Source of the DNA: a virus
Length of the DNA: 64,000 bases
Direction: 5' to 3' (one strand)
Virus record (IMG/VR): IMGVR_UViG_3300044730_002015
Location: 64,001 to 128,000 of that record
Under the pieces are notes generated by a model. It was not told the origin of the DNA. It searched no databases and saw nothing but the letters and a program-made list of their open reading frames with translations. Positions 1 to 9,885 of this stretch are shown here, piece after piece (within the stretch, counting starts at the first letter, position 1; the number at the start of each line of letters is the position of its first letter). The position numbers were made by a program, and so were the translations under genes.

Positions 1-3000
1 TTGCCTACGCCGTTGACCTGATTGTAAGTTATGGTACCGCCTGTGGCATCAGCCAAGGTACCTGTGGTGGCTGCCAACACAGCTTCGTGATAGGAAATGG
101 ATGTACTGGCCAGGTTATCAACATAGATCTTTGTGGCAGCATCTTGATCTTGTACTGGGTTGGTGAGATTATTGATATAGTAATTGTTGGCATTGACATT
201 GCCTGGTATGGTAAGGGTACCAGTGCTGCCAAAGGTCCAGAGCTGACTGCCAGTTCTGATGTTGGTATTAACACCGGTGCCTGAGAAATTACCAGCATTG
301 ACATTGGTCGAACTGGAGATATTGGCAGTGGTGGTGATAGTGACTGCTGCGTTAGATGCCAAATAGTCTGCTACATTGGCATTGCTGTAGGAACTACCAG
401 CTGAGATTCCAGTTAAGAATGCGCCGTTACCAATAAAGTAGGTACCAGCCACGTTGGCTGCGGTAGTGATATTTGCAGTGGTCAGTATAGTTATTGCTGC
501 ATTTGAAGCCAGGTAGTCGCTTACATTGGCATTGCCATATGTGCTGCCTCCACCACCAGAAATACCTGACAAGAAATATCCATTGCCCAGTATGTAACCA
601 CCTTGTACATTGGCAGTGGTAACGACGTTACCTGTGAGATTGGGCAGGGCGCCGGTATAGGTAGGCAAGTAGTTGGCAACATCGGCATTGCTATAACCTG
701 CCGCTATACCAGTTAAGAAAGCACCGTTGCCCAAGACATATGCGCCCTGTACGTTGGCAGTAGTGGTGACGTTGCCAGTGAGGTTTGTCAGCGCACCTGT
801 ATAGGCCGCAACATTGGCGTCGTCATATCCACCTGTGGCAAATCTGATGTTGCCTAATATGTAGGCTCCCTGTACATTAGCAGTGGTTGTGACATTGCCA
901 GTGAGATTGATCAGCGCACCTGTATAGGCCGCAACGTTGGCATCATTGTAGCCACCTGTGGAGAATCTAATATTTCCTAGTACATAACTTCCCGAAACAT
1001 TGCCGGTGGCTGTGATATTGGCTGCGGCAGTGATATCGTTGGTAGATATAAAGTCATAGGCCGATATGCTGCTGGAAGCGATGATGCGTGTGCTGTTGCT
1101 GGTCAATGTTTGGAACGGCAGATAAAGTGTGTTGTTGATGTATACATCGTTCCAGCGACGAGTGTTGTTGCCAAGATTGTATGCGCCATTGGCCGCAGGT
1201 ATGATATTTCCGGGGAACTCCTGCAGATACGCGGCAACATTGGCATTTGAATAGTTACTTGCGATGCCAGTGAGAAAGTAACCATTGCCATACAAGTATT
1301 CTGCTGATAGATTGGCTTGAGTAACGATTTGACCTGCGGTAATAATGGGCACAAAACTGTTGCTGCCAAGAAAACCTGTGACACTGTTATTACCGTACCC
1401 ACCAGTGGTGTTGCTGATGTCACCATAGTAGTAATTGGCTGTGATATTGTTAGATCCTGTGACATTGCCTGCGGCGTTAAATGTCAATGTACTACTGCCG
1501 GCTACTAATAGTATGTTACTTGCAGAAATCTGCATATTACCTGCAGAAATCTGCATATTACCTGCAGGACCGATGATGTTACCTACGACACTTAAATTGT
1601 TGGCCACCGTTAACCCACGGTTCAGCGTCATGACATTGCTAGCAAAATTGTAGAAGAACTGTATATTACCCGATGCCAAGTTGCCTATCTGCAGACCAGC
1701 GCCGTCGAGTTCGTCGGCAGTAACAGCATTATTGGCTACTATGATATCTTTGTCATTGACAGATAAGGTGTTGGCGTTAATGGTAGTAGTATTGCCCAAG
1801 ACCTGTAAGTTGCCGAAAATTACGACGTTGTTAGTTACTTGGAGATTGCCGAACGAACCATTGCCTGTATATGTAGGTAGATAAGTTGCTACATTGGCGT
1901 CACCGTAGCCACCGGTGGTGTTTCTAATATTGCCAAAATAATTGCCTGCAGTGACATTACCAGTGGTAGATATGTTTGAAGTTAAATTAAACAATTGTAA
2001 ATTGCCAATACCGATGCCGTCGCCATAAAAGAATTCGGCCGTGACAACATTACTGGCAGTTAAATTATTAGCTGAAATATCACCTGTTGTGATGATATTA
2101 CTGGTCAATGATCCACTGGCCAAGTAGTTGGCCACATTGGCATTGCTGTAATCGCCACCCAGTGATACCTGTGTGCCATTGGCGTAGTTGATTGCAAAGG
2201 TATTGCTGGGTAATACTAAATTACCTGTGTTATTAAATGTCCAGACATAAGCATCAGCAGTAATACTGGTATTGACTTCGCTACCTATAAAGTTATTGGC
2301 CGTGATATTGGCCGTGGTTGTGATGTTACCAGTGGTTAATATCGTTACGTTGGCATTGCTGGCCAGATAGTTGGCAACATTAGTGTTGCTGTATGCTCCA
2401 ATGATATTACTATATTGTATGCCAGAAACAAAGTAGCCATTGCCTAGTATGTAAGCACCAGACACATTGGCGGTAGTGGTTACATTGCCAGTGAGATTGG
2501 TCAGCGCACCTGTATAGGCCGCAACATTGGCGTCGTTATATCCACCAGTGGCAGATCTGATATTGCCTATTAAGAAATTACCTGTTACATTGGCAGTGGT
2601 AGTGACGTTGCCACCCAGTGAGTCAATGGCGCCAGTATAAGTGGGCAGATATGCAGCTACATTGGCATTTCCATAGGAAGAAGCCACACCAGTTAATAGA
2701 GCGCCGTTACCCAATAGATAGTTGGCTGCAATATTACCAGAGAATACTGTGGCACTCTCATTGGCTGTGATTTCTTGTGCGCCAATATAGACAGTGCTGT
2801 TGTTTAGGTATAGATCATTCCAGCGATTGGTGTTGCTACCTAGATCGTATGTGACGTTGGCACTTGGTATGATGTTACCGTCAAAATTGGCTAGATATGA
2901 TTTGACATTGGCATTGCTGTAGGATGAACTACCACCCAGTGATACCTGTGTGCCGTTGGCGTAGTTGATTGCAAATGTATTACCTGGTAATACTAAATTA

Positions 3001-6000
3001 CCTGCGTTATTAAACGACCAACGATATCCATTGGTGGTGATAGTGGTGTTTGTTCCAGATCCTACAATGTTGTTTGCGGACACATTGGCTGAGGTAGTGA
3101 TATTGCCCGTAGTCAGTATGGTTACAGCAGCATTTGAGGCAAGATAGTTGGCAACATCTGCGTTGCTGTATGAGCCACCACTACCACCCAATGATACCTG
3201 TGTGCCGTTAGCGTAGTTGACTGCAAAAGTGTTGCCCGGCAATACAATATTGCCTGTGTTGTTGAATGTCCAGGTATATCCATTGGCAACTAGTTCAACA
3301 TTATTACTGGTTCCAACTAGATTATTTGCTGAAATGTTGGCTGCAGTGGTGATATTGCCAGTGGTCAGTATGGTTACAGCGGCATTGCTGGCCAAGTAGG
3401 CAGCAACATTGGAGTTGCCATATGAGCCACCACCGCCTGCGATACCAGTCAAGAATGCGCCATTACCAAAAATGTAATTACCGGTGATGTTGCCAACCGC
3501 GGTTATAAATCCAGATTTACCCAACTGGATAGTGGTGTTACCAACTCCATTGTTGATATAAATTGTATCGCTGGCTAAAACATTGCCGGGTATGATGAAA
3601 TTGCCAGCATCATTGAATATCCACGTGCTGCTACCGGATGTCAACGATATAGAGGTACTGTTGCCAGTTATGGTGCCTAGCCCTAGTATGATGTCATTGA
3701 CATCTATGTCATTGACTTGTAAATTACCAGTTGTGACTATGTCTCCCAGGATATTGATAGTCAGCGCGCCACTACCGATGTTGAGGTTGCCGCCCAGGAT
3801 ATAGCCATTGGCCGTCAAGTTGCCCGACAACGAAGAATCGCTGGCAGAAATTGGTACCAGTAGTCCCGTGTTATTATCAACAAAGGATATGCCACGACCG
3901 GTAGCATTGTTGCGTATCAGTGTGGCATTGCCAACAGCACCGCTGGGTGTGATAAATCCATTGCCGTAAATCTGCGTGGGTTGCGCAGATATCGAGTCTA
4001 TCAACGCTATACCGCTGCCAATGGGATTACTTTGGATTAGTGTTGGGCCACCTGATGTGCCCACTGGGGTAACATAGTTGTTGGCATAGACTCTGCGGAA
4101 CTGTGTGCCACTGCTGCCGATGTCTAATGTGTTGTTAGAATTAGCACCCGGAACAATATTGCCCGGCAATAACAAATTGCCACTGGTTTCGTAGATCCAA
4201 GTGCGATTACCAGCAGCGATTGAAACCTGGGTAACATTACTAGTGATAGTGCCTTGATCAAGATTAATAACATTGACATCAACATTGTTGACCTGCAGAT
4301 TACCAGTGGTTACAATATCACCAGTGGCATTGATGGTTAAGGCATTGCTCCCCACGTTGATATTGGTAACATCGATATCCACCACTTGTAAATTACCCGT
4401 GGTAACTATGTCACCAGTGGTATTGATAGTCAATGCATTGCCGCCAACATTGATGTCATTGACATCAATGTTGATTACTTGTAAATTGCCAGTGGTTACA
4501 ATATCACCAGTGGCATTGATGGTTAAAGCTCCACCAGTGACATCAATTTCAGTTACTTGTATGTTGACTACGCTTAGATTACCTGCTGAAATATTGGCTG
4601 CTGTTGTGATATTGCCGCCAACTATGTTTCCAGCCACTGTTAACGATGTGGCAACATTGGTACCACCCGAAGCATTTAAGTAAATCGTATCGGTACTGTC
4701 GTTGTTGACATTCAACTCCAGTACAGTGTTCTCTCCAGCCGATGCATAATATTTGATGCTGGCTAGATCACCAGTACCACCACCAGGATTGGCAGGGAAT
4801 ATGATTCCGGCTTCACCGCTGCCGGCTGTGGGACGTATCACGCCATTGATGTTAGAGCCGCTGATATTTCCAAACACTTCCAATCTATTGGAAATATTGG
4901 CGCCATGGCTTAATTCCATGACGTTGCTGCTGCTGTCATAGAAGAAAGTGATGTTACCGCCGGCTGTTCTATTACCAATCTGTATGCCAGCACCGTCCAA
5001 ATCTGACAAGGTGGCCGTGGCGTTGGCAGCAACTATGATGTCTTTGTCGGCCAAGAATATGTTAGAAACATTAATTTCGGTGGTGTTTCCTTCAACACGC
5101 AAGTTGCCCAACACCACCATATCTCTAGAAACACTGACATTGCTAAACGAAGCATTGCCATTGTATACCTGTAGATAAGCAGCCACTTGACTGTTACCAT
5201 AGCCGCCTATGATATTTCCAGCGTCTATTCCTGTTAGGAATGCACCATTACCTAAAATGTAAGAGCCAGTGACATTACCACCTGCAATGATATTACCTGT
5301 GGCCTGAATATACTGATCAGCTTGTATGAATCCATCCACTTCAACGTTGCCGGTAAAACTGCTGTCCCCGGCAGAAATTGCTGCTAACTGTCCTGAACCC
5401 GAATCTATAAATGCTATGCCGCTGCCCGATGTGCTGCTCTGTATTTCTGTGGCATTGCCTGTCACGCCACTGGGTGTGACCAATTTATCAGCGTAGATAT
5501 TGCGGAACTGATATTGGGCGCTGCCGATGTCTACGAAATTGTTGGCCAATACCGCATTAGAATATACCGGCAGTATATTGCCTGTGCGTGTCAAATTGGC
5601 TATATTGTAGTTTGATCTAATATTGGCAGTGGTAGTGACATTGCCGGTCAAGGACACTAGATTGCCTGTGTATGTGGGCAAATAGGCCGCTGCGTTACTG
5701 TTGCTATAGGTTCCAATGATATTGCTATACTGGATACCAAATAGCGCTGATCCATTGCCTATGAAGTTTATGGCGGTAACGTTGCTTAAACAATTGACAT
5801 TACCGACTACCTGTAGATTGTTGCCAATTTCAAAATCGCTATAAATTGTTAGATTGCCAAAGTATGCGTCTCCGGCTTCTAGAGAAGCCAACTGTCCCGT
5901 GACGGTATCAACAAACATGAACCCATCATAGTTTTCTCCGCTTTGTATGGCACTGTTGTTACCAGCGGCACCTGCGGGCACTGTAAATTTGTTGCCGTAA

Positions 6001-9000
6001 ACGTTGCTAAAGAAGTAAGTTTCGCTGCCAATATCAACTGTGCTGTTGGCCAAGGTGGTATTGGAATACATTGGTAATATGTTACCACTATAGGTAACAT
6101 TAGATATAGTGTAATCAGCTCTGACATTGCCACCGTATATGGGCAAGAATCCCGAAACGTCGGCGTTGCTGTAGTTTTCTCCCAGGCCTGACAGGAATCT
6201 ACCATTGCCTAGGAAATAAGTGGCACTGGTGTTGCCCGATACATTGAGTATGTTGGCGATATTAGCACCATGGCTCAATGTCATGATGTTGGCGGTATAA
6301 TCGTAAATGAACTCCACGTTGCCGCTGGCCAGATTACCTATCTGTAGTCCAGCACCGTTCAATTGTGAGATTGTGTTGGCTGAGTTGGCGACTATTACTC
6401 GATACGCATCAATGATAGAATTTGTAGTGTTGTTATAGTTGGTGGTACCAAGGACTGTTAAGTTGCCTTGGATTATGGCATCCTGAGATACCGTCACGTT
6501 ACCAAACAAGGCATTGGCATTGTAGGTCTGTAGATAGCTAGCTACATTGGCATTGGTATAGGCTGTGATGCCGGTCAAGAATCTACCATTGCCCAAGATA
6601 TAACCACCGGTAATATTGCCGGTGGTCAATATGGTAACCGAAGAATTGCTGCCGAGGTAATTGCTGACTGCGGAATTGCTGTATGTATCGCCCAATATAA
6701 CATTGGCGCCGTTGGCATATCTTACTGCAAAAAAGTTAACGGGTAAATTTAAGTAAGCGTCCTGAGTAAAGGTCCACTCGTTGCCCATCACAGCAATAGC
6801 CACTTGATCTTCGTTTATACCAAAGATATTGCCTGTTGCATTGATATTGGCAACCGAGAGATTACCACCAACTATCAATGTGTTGGAAGTATAATCAAAT
6901 CTCAGCGCTGCACTGGCAGCAAAATTGCCGGTACCATTGTTGTATTGTATCTGTTGATCGGCACCGGCCACTGATCCGTTGCCTGTGATATTACTAGTAC
7001 CAGCAGCCCAGGCCAGGCCCCCTGAACCATCCGAAGTAAGATAGTAGTTAAGATTGCCGCCTGATATCTTGACATTGCCGGCAGGTCCAAGATTGGCTAT
7101 ACCAGATACTGTTAAACCGTTGATGTTTAAATTGCCTGTGTAATCGGGCAGATATGCAGCTACGTTACTGTTACCATAAGCGCCGGTAATGTTGGCATAT
7201 TTGACACCAAACAAGGCCGAGCCATTGCCAACAAAACTGGTGCCTGTGACAGTGGTGCCGGTGATGCCGCCGCTGACATTCAAAGATGTGGCAACATTGG
7301 TACCACCTGAAGCATTTAGGTAAATTTTATCAGCTGAATTGTCTGTGACCTGCAACTCCAATACTGTGTCTTGTCCTGTGACTACATAGTATTTGATATT
7401 GGCTGAGTCGCCTGTGCCGCCGCCGATGTTGGTCGGGAACATGATTCCGGCTTCACCGCTGCCGGCTGTGGGACGTATCACGCCATTGATGTTATCACCA
7501 TTGACATTGCCAGTGGCTGTGACTGTGGTGGCACCAACCGTACCAGTATAAGTGGGAAGATATGCAGCCACATTGGCATTGCTGTAGTTGCCCGACCCAC
7601 CGGAAATACCAGTCAAGAATGCACCGTTGCCCAAGACATATGCGCCTTGTACGTTGGCAGTGGTAGTGACATTACCTGTCAAGGAATTGATAGCGCCTGT
7701 ATAAGTGGGCAAGTATGCAGCCACATTTGAGTTGCCATATGCGGCTCCTGCGCCTACACCGGTAAGGAAATATCCATTACCTAAAATGTAAGTGCCACTG
7801 ACATTGCCGCCCGAAATGATATTGCCTGTGGCTTGTATGTACAAATCTGTTTGAATAAATCCATCGGCCGAAACATTACCAGTAAAACTGCTGTCACCAG
7901 CACTGATATCAGCCAGTGCTCCTGAACCAGAATCTATAAATGCTACGCCACTGCCAGTGGTGCTGCCTTGTATTTCTGTGGTATTGCCCGAGATGCCACC
8001 GGGGGTGACAATCGTGTTGGCATAGATGTTGCGGAATTGATATTGAGCACTACCAATGTCTACTACATTGTTAGATAATACACCGTTGGAGTATACAGGA
8101 TAAATGTTGCCGGCACGCACTATACTCGCTGACAAGTTTCCATTGGTTGTGATAGCACCTGTGGTAGTGATAGTTACGTTATCATTGCTGGCCAAATAAG
8201 CAGCCACATTAGAATTACCATAGTTGCCATTTCCCTCAGCCGATGATGAACTGAAGCTTGTGGCAGCTTCCATCTCGGCCCACTGGCTGTTGCCGGCTGG
8301 GGTTGTAAAGTAAAAATACTGTATGCCAGTGTTGGCCTGTATCCAAAGGTCGCCTTGTGTGGCATTCAGCGGCGCAGTATTTGATACAGTTAAATTGGCA
8401 GTGGCAATAAGATCGGTCAGTTGACTGCCATTACCAATGAAATAGTTGGCTGATATATTGCCCGTAGCATTGATATTACCAGCCGAGATGTTGCCTGTGT
8501 AGGTAGGCAGGTATGAGGCCACATTGGCATTGCTGTATGCTTCGGGTAGACCAGACAAGAATCGACCATTGCCCAGAACATAACCTGCTTGTATATTTGC
8601 TGCTGTGGTGACGTTACCACTGAAGATCATGGCATTGGCCACATCACTGTATAAGATATTAGCGATGTTGCTGCCAATGATTAAACCAGCGCCATTGGCC
8701 TGTGCCTGTGTAGTTGCACCATTGGCTATGACAATATCTTTGTCACTGATATTCAGTGTGTTGGCATTGATCGTAGTAGTGGTGCCAAGTACTGTCAAGT
8801 TACCGTTGATAACTGCATTGTTGGAAACTTCTAGATTGCCAGCCAGTATATTGCCATTGAATATGCCGAGATAAGCTGTTACATTGGCATTGCTGTAGTT
8901 GCCTTCGAGATTTATAGGATCACCGTTGGCATAGTAGATATCAACTGAGTTAGAAGGCAATGTTAGATTGCCGGTATTGTCAAATGTCCAGGTAGAACTA

Positions 9001-9875
9001 CCTGCAATCAATTCTATGTTGGAACCCGCTGTGCCAACAAAATTGTTAGCCGCCACATTGCCTTGGGTGGTTACATTGCCTGTGCCGATAAGAATATTGA
9101 TATTTGCATTACTGGCCAAATAATTTGCTACATCAGCATTGCTATATCCAGCAGCCAATCCAGTTAAAAACGCACCATTACCTATAACATAGTTGGCCGA
9201 GACATTGGCTGCGGTAGTGATATTACCAGTGGTTACGATCGTTACATTAGCGTTGCTGGCTAGATAAGCAGCGGCATTGGTATTGCTGTAGGCATTGTTG
9301 ATATTGCTGTATTCGAGGGCAGTGATATAGTAACCATTACCCACAAAATTTTCAAAGGTTACAACATTGCCCCCGATGCTGGCCGGACCTAGAGCAGTGA
9401 CACTGTTACTGGAAATTACATCGTCGGTCCATAAAGAACCACCGCCTGTGTAGTTGATATACAATGCGCCAGCATTGGCATCGTCGTAGTAAAACTGATT
9501 ATCTGTTGATAAAAGATTATTTTTATTATACTGTATTTGGAAGTTATTACCATTGGCTCTAACGGCAGTCAGGCCTGCACCGTTGCCAATAAAATAATCG
9601 GCCGAGACATTGCCACGTGTGGTGATGTTGCCTGTGCCAATAGCTATGTCAATATTACTATTGCTGGCCAGATAAGCGGCTACATTGGCATTGCCGTATG
9701 AGCCTTCAATGTTTCCGGCATTGATGCCAGTTAAAAATGCTCCGTTACCAAAATAATAATTGCCGGTGATGTTAGCCGGTGTATTAATGGCCCCATTAGC
9801 GTCAATAACGCTAATAGGGCTAATAATGTTACCTACACTAAGACCCCCAGTGGCATTAAACTGTTTCTTAGCCAT
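1..9875 (-). CDS. Giant repetitive tail-fibre/virion structural protein, 3' end outside window (>3291 aa)
   Basis: ATG at 9875 (MAKKQFNATGGLSVGNIISPISVIDANG...) after AAAGGT. The same frame reads ...GGTITYNQVNGVG at the window start. Absent from the ORF track, consistent with no in-frame stop inside the window. Full of YSNANVAAYL / YFIGNGAFLTG repeats; N-terminus paralogous to 9886..14775. Confidence 0.88.
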   Translation of the reverse strand, partial: MAKKQFNATGGLSVGNIISPISVIDANGAINTPANITGNYYFGNGAFLTGINAGNIEGSYGNANVAAYLASNSNIDIAIGTGNITTRGNVSADYFIGNGAGLTAVRANGNNFQIQYNKNNLLSTDNQFYYDDANAGALYINYTGGGSLWTDDVISSNSVTALGPASIGGNVVTFENFVGNGYYITALEYSNINNAYSNTNAAAYLASNANVTIVTTGNITTAANVSANYVIGNGAFLTGLAAGYSNADVANYLASNANINILIGTGNVTTQGNVAANNFVGTAGSNIELIAGSSTWTFDNTGNLTLPSNSVDIYYANGDPINLEGNYSNANVTAYLGIFNGNILAGNLEVSNNAVINGNLTVLGTTTTINANTLNISDKDIVIANGATTQAQANGAGLIIGSNIANILYSDVANAMIFSGNVTTAANIQAGYVLGNGRFLSGLPEAYSNANVASYLPTYTGNISAGNINATGNISANYFIGNGSQLTDLIATANLTVSNTAPLNATQGDLWIQANTGIQYFYFTTPAGNSQWAEMEAATSFSSSSAEGNGNYGNSNVAAYLASNDNVTITTTGAITTNGNLSASIVRAGNIYPVYSNGVLSNNVVDIGSAQYQFRNIYANTIVTPGGISGNTTEIQGSTTGSGVAFIDSGSGALADISAGDSSFTGNVSADGFIQTDLYIQATGNIISGGNVSGTYILGNGYFLTGVGAGAAYGNSNVAAYLPTYTGAINSLTGNVTTTANVQGAYVLGNGAFLTGISGGSGNYSNANVAAYLPTYTGTVGATTVTATGNVNGDNINGVIRPTAGSGEAGIMFPTNIGGGTGDSANIKYYVVTGQDTVLELQVTDNSADKIYLNASGGTNVATSLNVSGGITGTTVTGTSFVGNGSALFGVKYANITGAYGNSNVAAYLPDYTGNLNINGLTVSGIANLGPAGNVKISGGNLNYYLTSDGSGGLAWAAGTSNITGNGSVAGADQQIQYNNGTGNFAASAALRFDYTSNTLIVGGNLSVANINATGNIFGINEDQVAIAVMGNEWTFTQDAYLNLPVNFFAVRYANGANVILGDTYSNSAVSNYLGSNSSVTILTTGNITGGYILGNGRFLTGITAYTNANVASYLQTYNANALFGNVTVSQDAIIQGNLTVLGTTNYNNTTNSIIDAYRVIVANSANTISQLNGAGLQIGNLASGNVEFIYDYTANIMTLSHGANIANILNVSGNTSATYFLGNGRFLSGLGENYSNADVSGFLPIYGGNVRADYTISNVTYSGNILPMYSNTTLANSTVDIGSETYFFSNVYGNKFTVPAGAAGNNSAIQSGENYDGFMFVDTVTGQLASLEAGDAYFGNLTIYSDFEIGNNLQVVGNVNCLSNVTAINFIGNGSALFGIQYSNIIGTYSNSNAAAYLPTYTGNLVSLTGNVTTTANIRSNYNIANLTRTGNILPVYSNAVLANNFVDIGSAQYQFRNIYADKLVTPSGVTGNATEIQSSTSGSGIAFIDSGSGQLAAISAGDSSFTGNVEVDGFIQADQYIQATGNIIAGGNVTGSYILGNGAFLTGIDAGNIIGGYGNSQVAAYLQVYNGNASFSNVSVSRDMVVLGNLRVEGNTTEINVSNIFLADKDIIVAANATATLSDLDGAGIQIGNRTAGGNITFFYDSSSNVMELSHGANISNRLEVFGNISGSNINGVIRPTAGSGEAGIIFPANPGGGTGDLASIKYYASAGENTVLELNVNNDSTDTIYLNASGGTNVATSLTVAGNIVGGNITTAANISAGNLSVVNIQVTEIDVTGGALTINATGDIVTTGNLQVINIDVNDINVGGNALTINTTGDIVTTGNLQVVDIDVTNINVGSNALTINATGDIVTTGNLQVNNVDVNVINLDQGTITSNVTQVSIAAGNRTWIYETSGNLLLPGNIVPGANSNNTLDIGSSGTQFRRVYANNYVTPVGTSGGPTLIQSNPIGSGIALIDSISAQPTQIYGNGFITPSGAVGNATLIRNNATGRGISFVDNNTGLLVPISASDSSLSGNLTANGYILGGNLNIGSGALTINILGDIVTTGNLQVNDIDVNDIILGLGTITGNSTSISLTSGSSTWIFNDAGNFIIPGNVLASDTIYINNGVGNTTIQLGKSGFITAVGNITGNYIFGNGAFLTGIAGGGGSYGNSNVAAYLASNAAVTILTTGNITTAANISANNLVGTSNNVELVANGYTWTFNNTGNIVLPGNTFAVNYANGTQVSLGGSGGSYSNADVANYLASNAAVTILTTGNITTSANVSANNIVGSGTNTTITTNGYRWSFNNAGNLVLPGNTFAINYANGTQVSLGGSSSYSNANVKSYLANFDGNIIPSANVTYDLGSNTNRWNDLYLNNSTVYIGAQEITANESATVFSGNIAANYLLGNGALLTGVASSYGNANVAAYLPTYTGAIDSLGGNVTTTANVTGNFLIGNIRSATGGYNDANVAAYTGALTNLTGNVTTTANVSGAYILGNGYFVSGIQYSNIIGAYSNTNVANYLASNANVTILTTGNITTTANITANNFIGSEVNTSITADAYVWTFNNTGNLVLPSNTFAINYANGTQVSLGGDYSNANVANYLASGSLTSNIITTGDISANNLTASNVVTAEFFYGDGIGIGNLQLFNLTSNISTTGNVTAGNYFGNIRNTTGGYGDANVATYLPTYTGNGSFGNLQVTNNVVIFGNLQVLGNTTTINANTLSVNDKDIIVANNAVTADELDGAGLQIGNLASGNIQFFYNFASNVMTLNRGLTVANNLSVVGNIIGPAGNMQISAGNMQISASNILLVAGSSTLTFNAAGNVTGSNNITANYYYGDISNTTGGYGNNSVTGFLGSNSFVPIITAGQIVTQANLSAEYLYGNGYFLTGIASNYSNANVAAYLQEFPGNIIPAANGAYNLGNNTRRWNDVYINNTLYLPFQTLTSNSTRIIASSSISAYDFISTNDITAAANITATGNVSGSYVLGNIRFSTGGYNDANVAAYTGALINLTGNVTTTANVQGAYILGNIRFATGGYDDANVAAYTGALTNLTGNVTTTANVQGAYVLGNGAFLTGIAAGYSNADVANYLPTYTGALPNLTGNVVTTANVQGGYILGNGYFLSGISGGGGSTYGNANVSDYLASNAAITILTTANITTAANVAGTYFIGNGAFLTGISAGSSYSNANVADYLASNAAVTITTTANISSSTNVNAGNFSGTGVNTNIRTGSQLWTFGSTGTLTIPGNVNANNYYINNLTNPVQDQDAATKIYVDNLASTSISYHEAVLAATTGTLADATGGTITYNQVNGVG
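752..985 (-). repeat. Two copies of a 123-bp (41-aa) coding repeat also found at 13939-14340
   Basis: Unit encodes GNIRxxTGGYDDANVAAYTGALxNLTGNVTTTANVQG; anchor points 754 and 877. Confidence 0.75.
1521..1567. repeat. 21-bp perfect tandem duplication (GNMQISA x2)
   Basis: tgcagaaatctgcatattacc twice in tandem. Confidence 0.9.
4270..4560 (-). repeat. 93-bp (31-aa) imperfect tandem coding repeat x3
   Basis: ccagtgg(c/t)attgat at 4321, 4414, 4507; encodes ALTINxTGDIVTTGNLQV. Confidence 0.8.
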
Positions 9876-9885
9876 TGGCTACCTT

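Noticed and set aside
29-8620. Short minus-strand ORFs in 1-9 kb
   Set aside because: Out-of-frame fragments inside the giant 1..9875 gene
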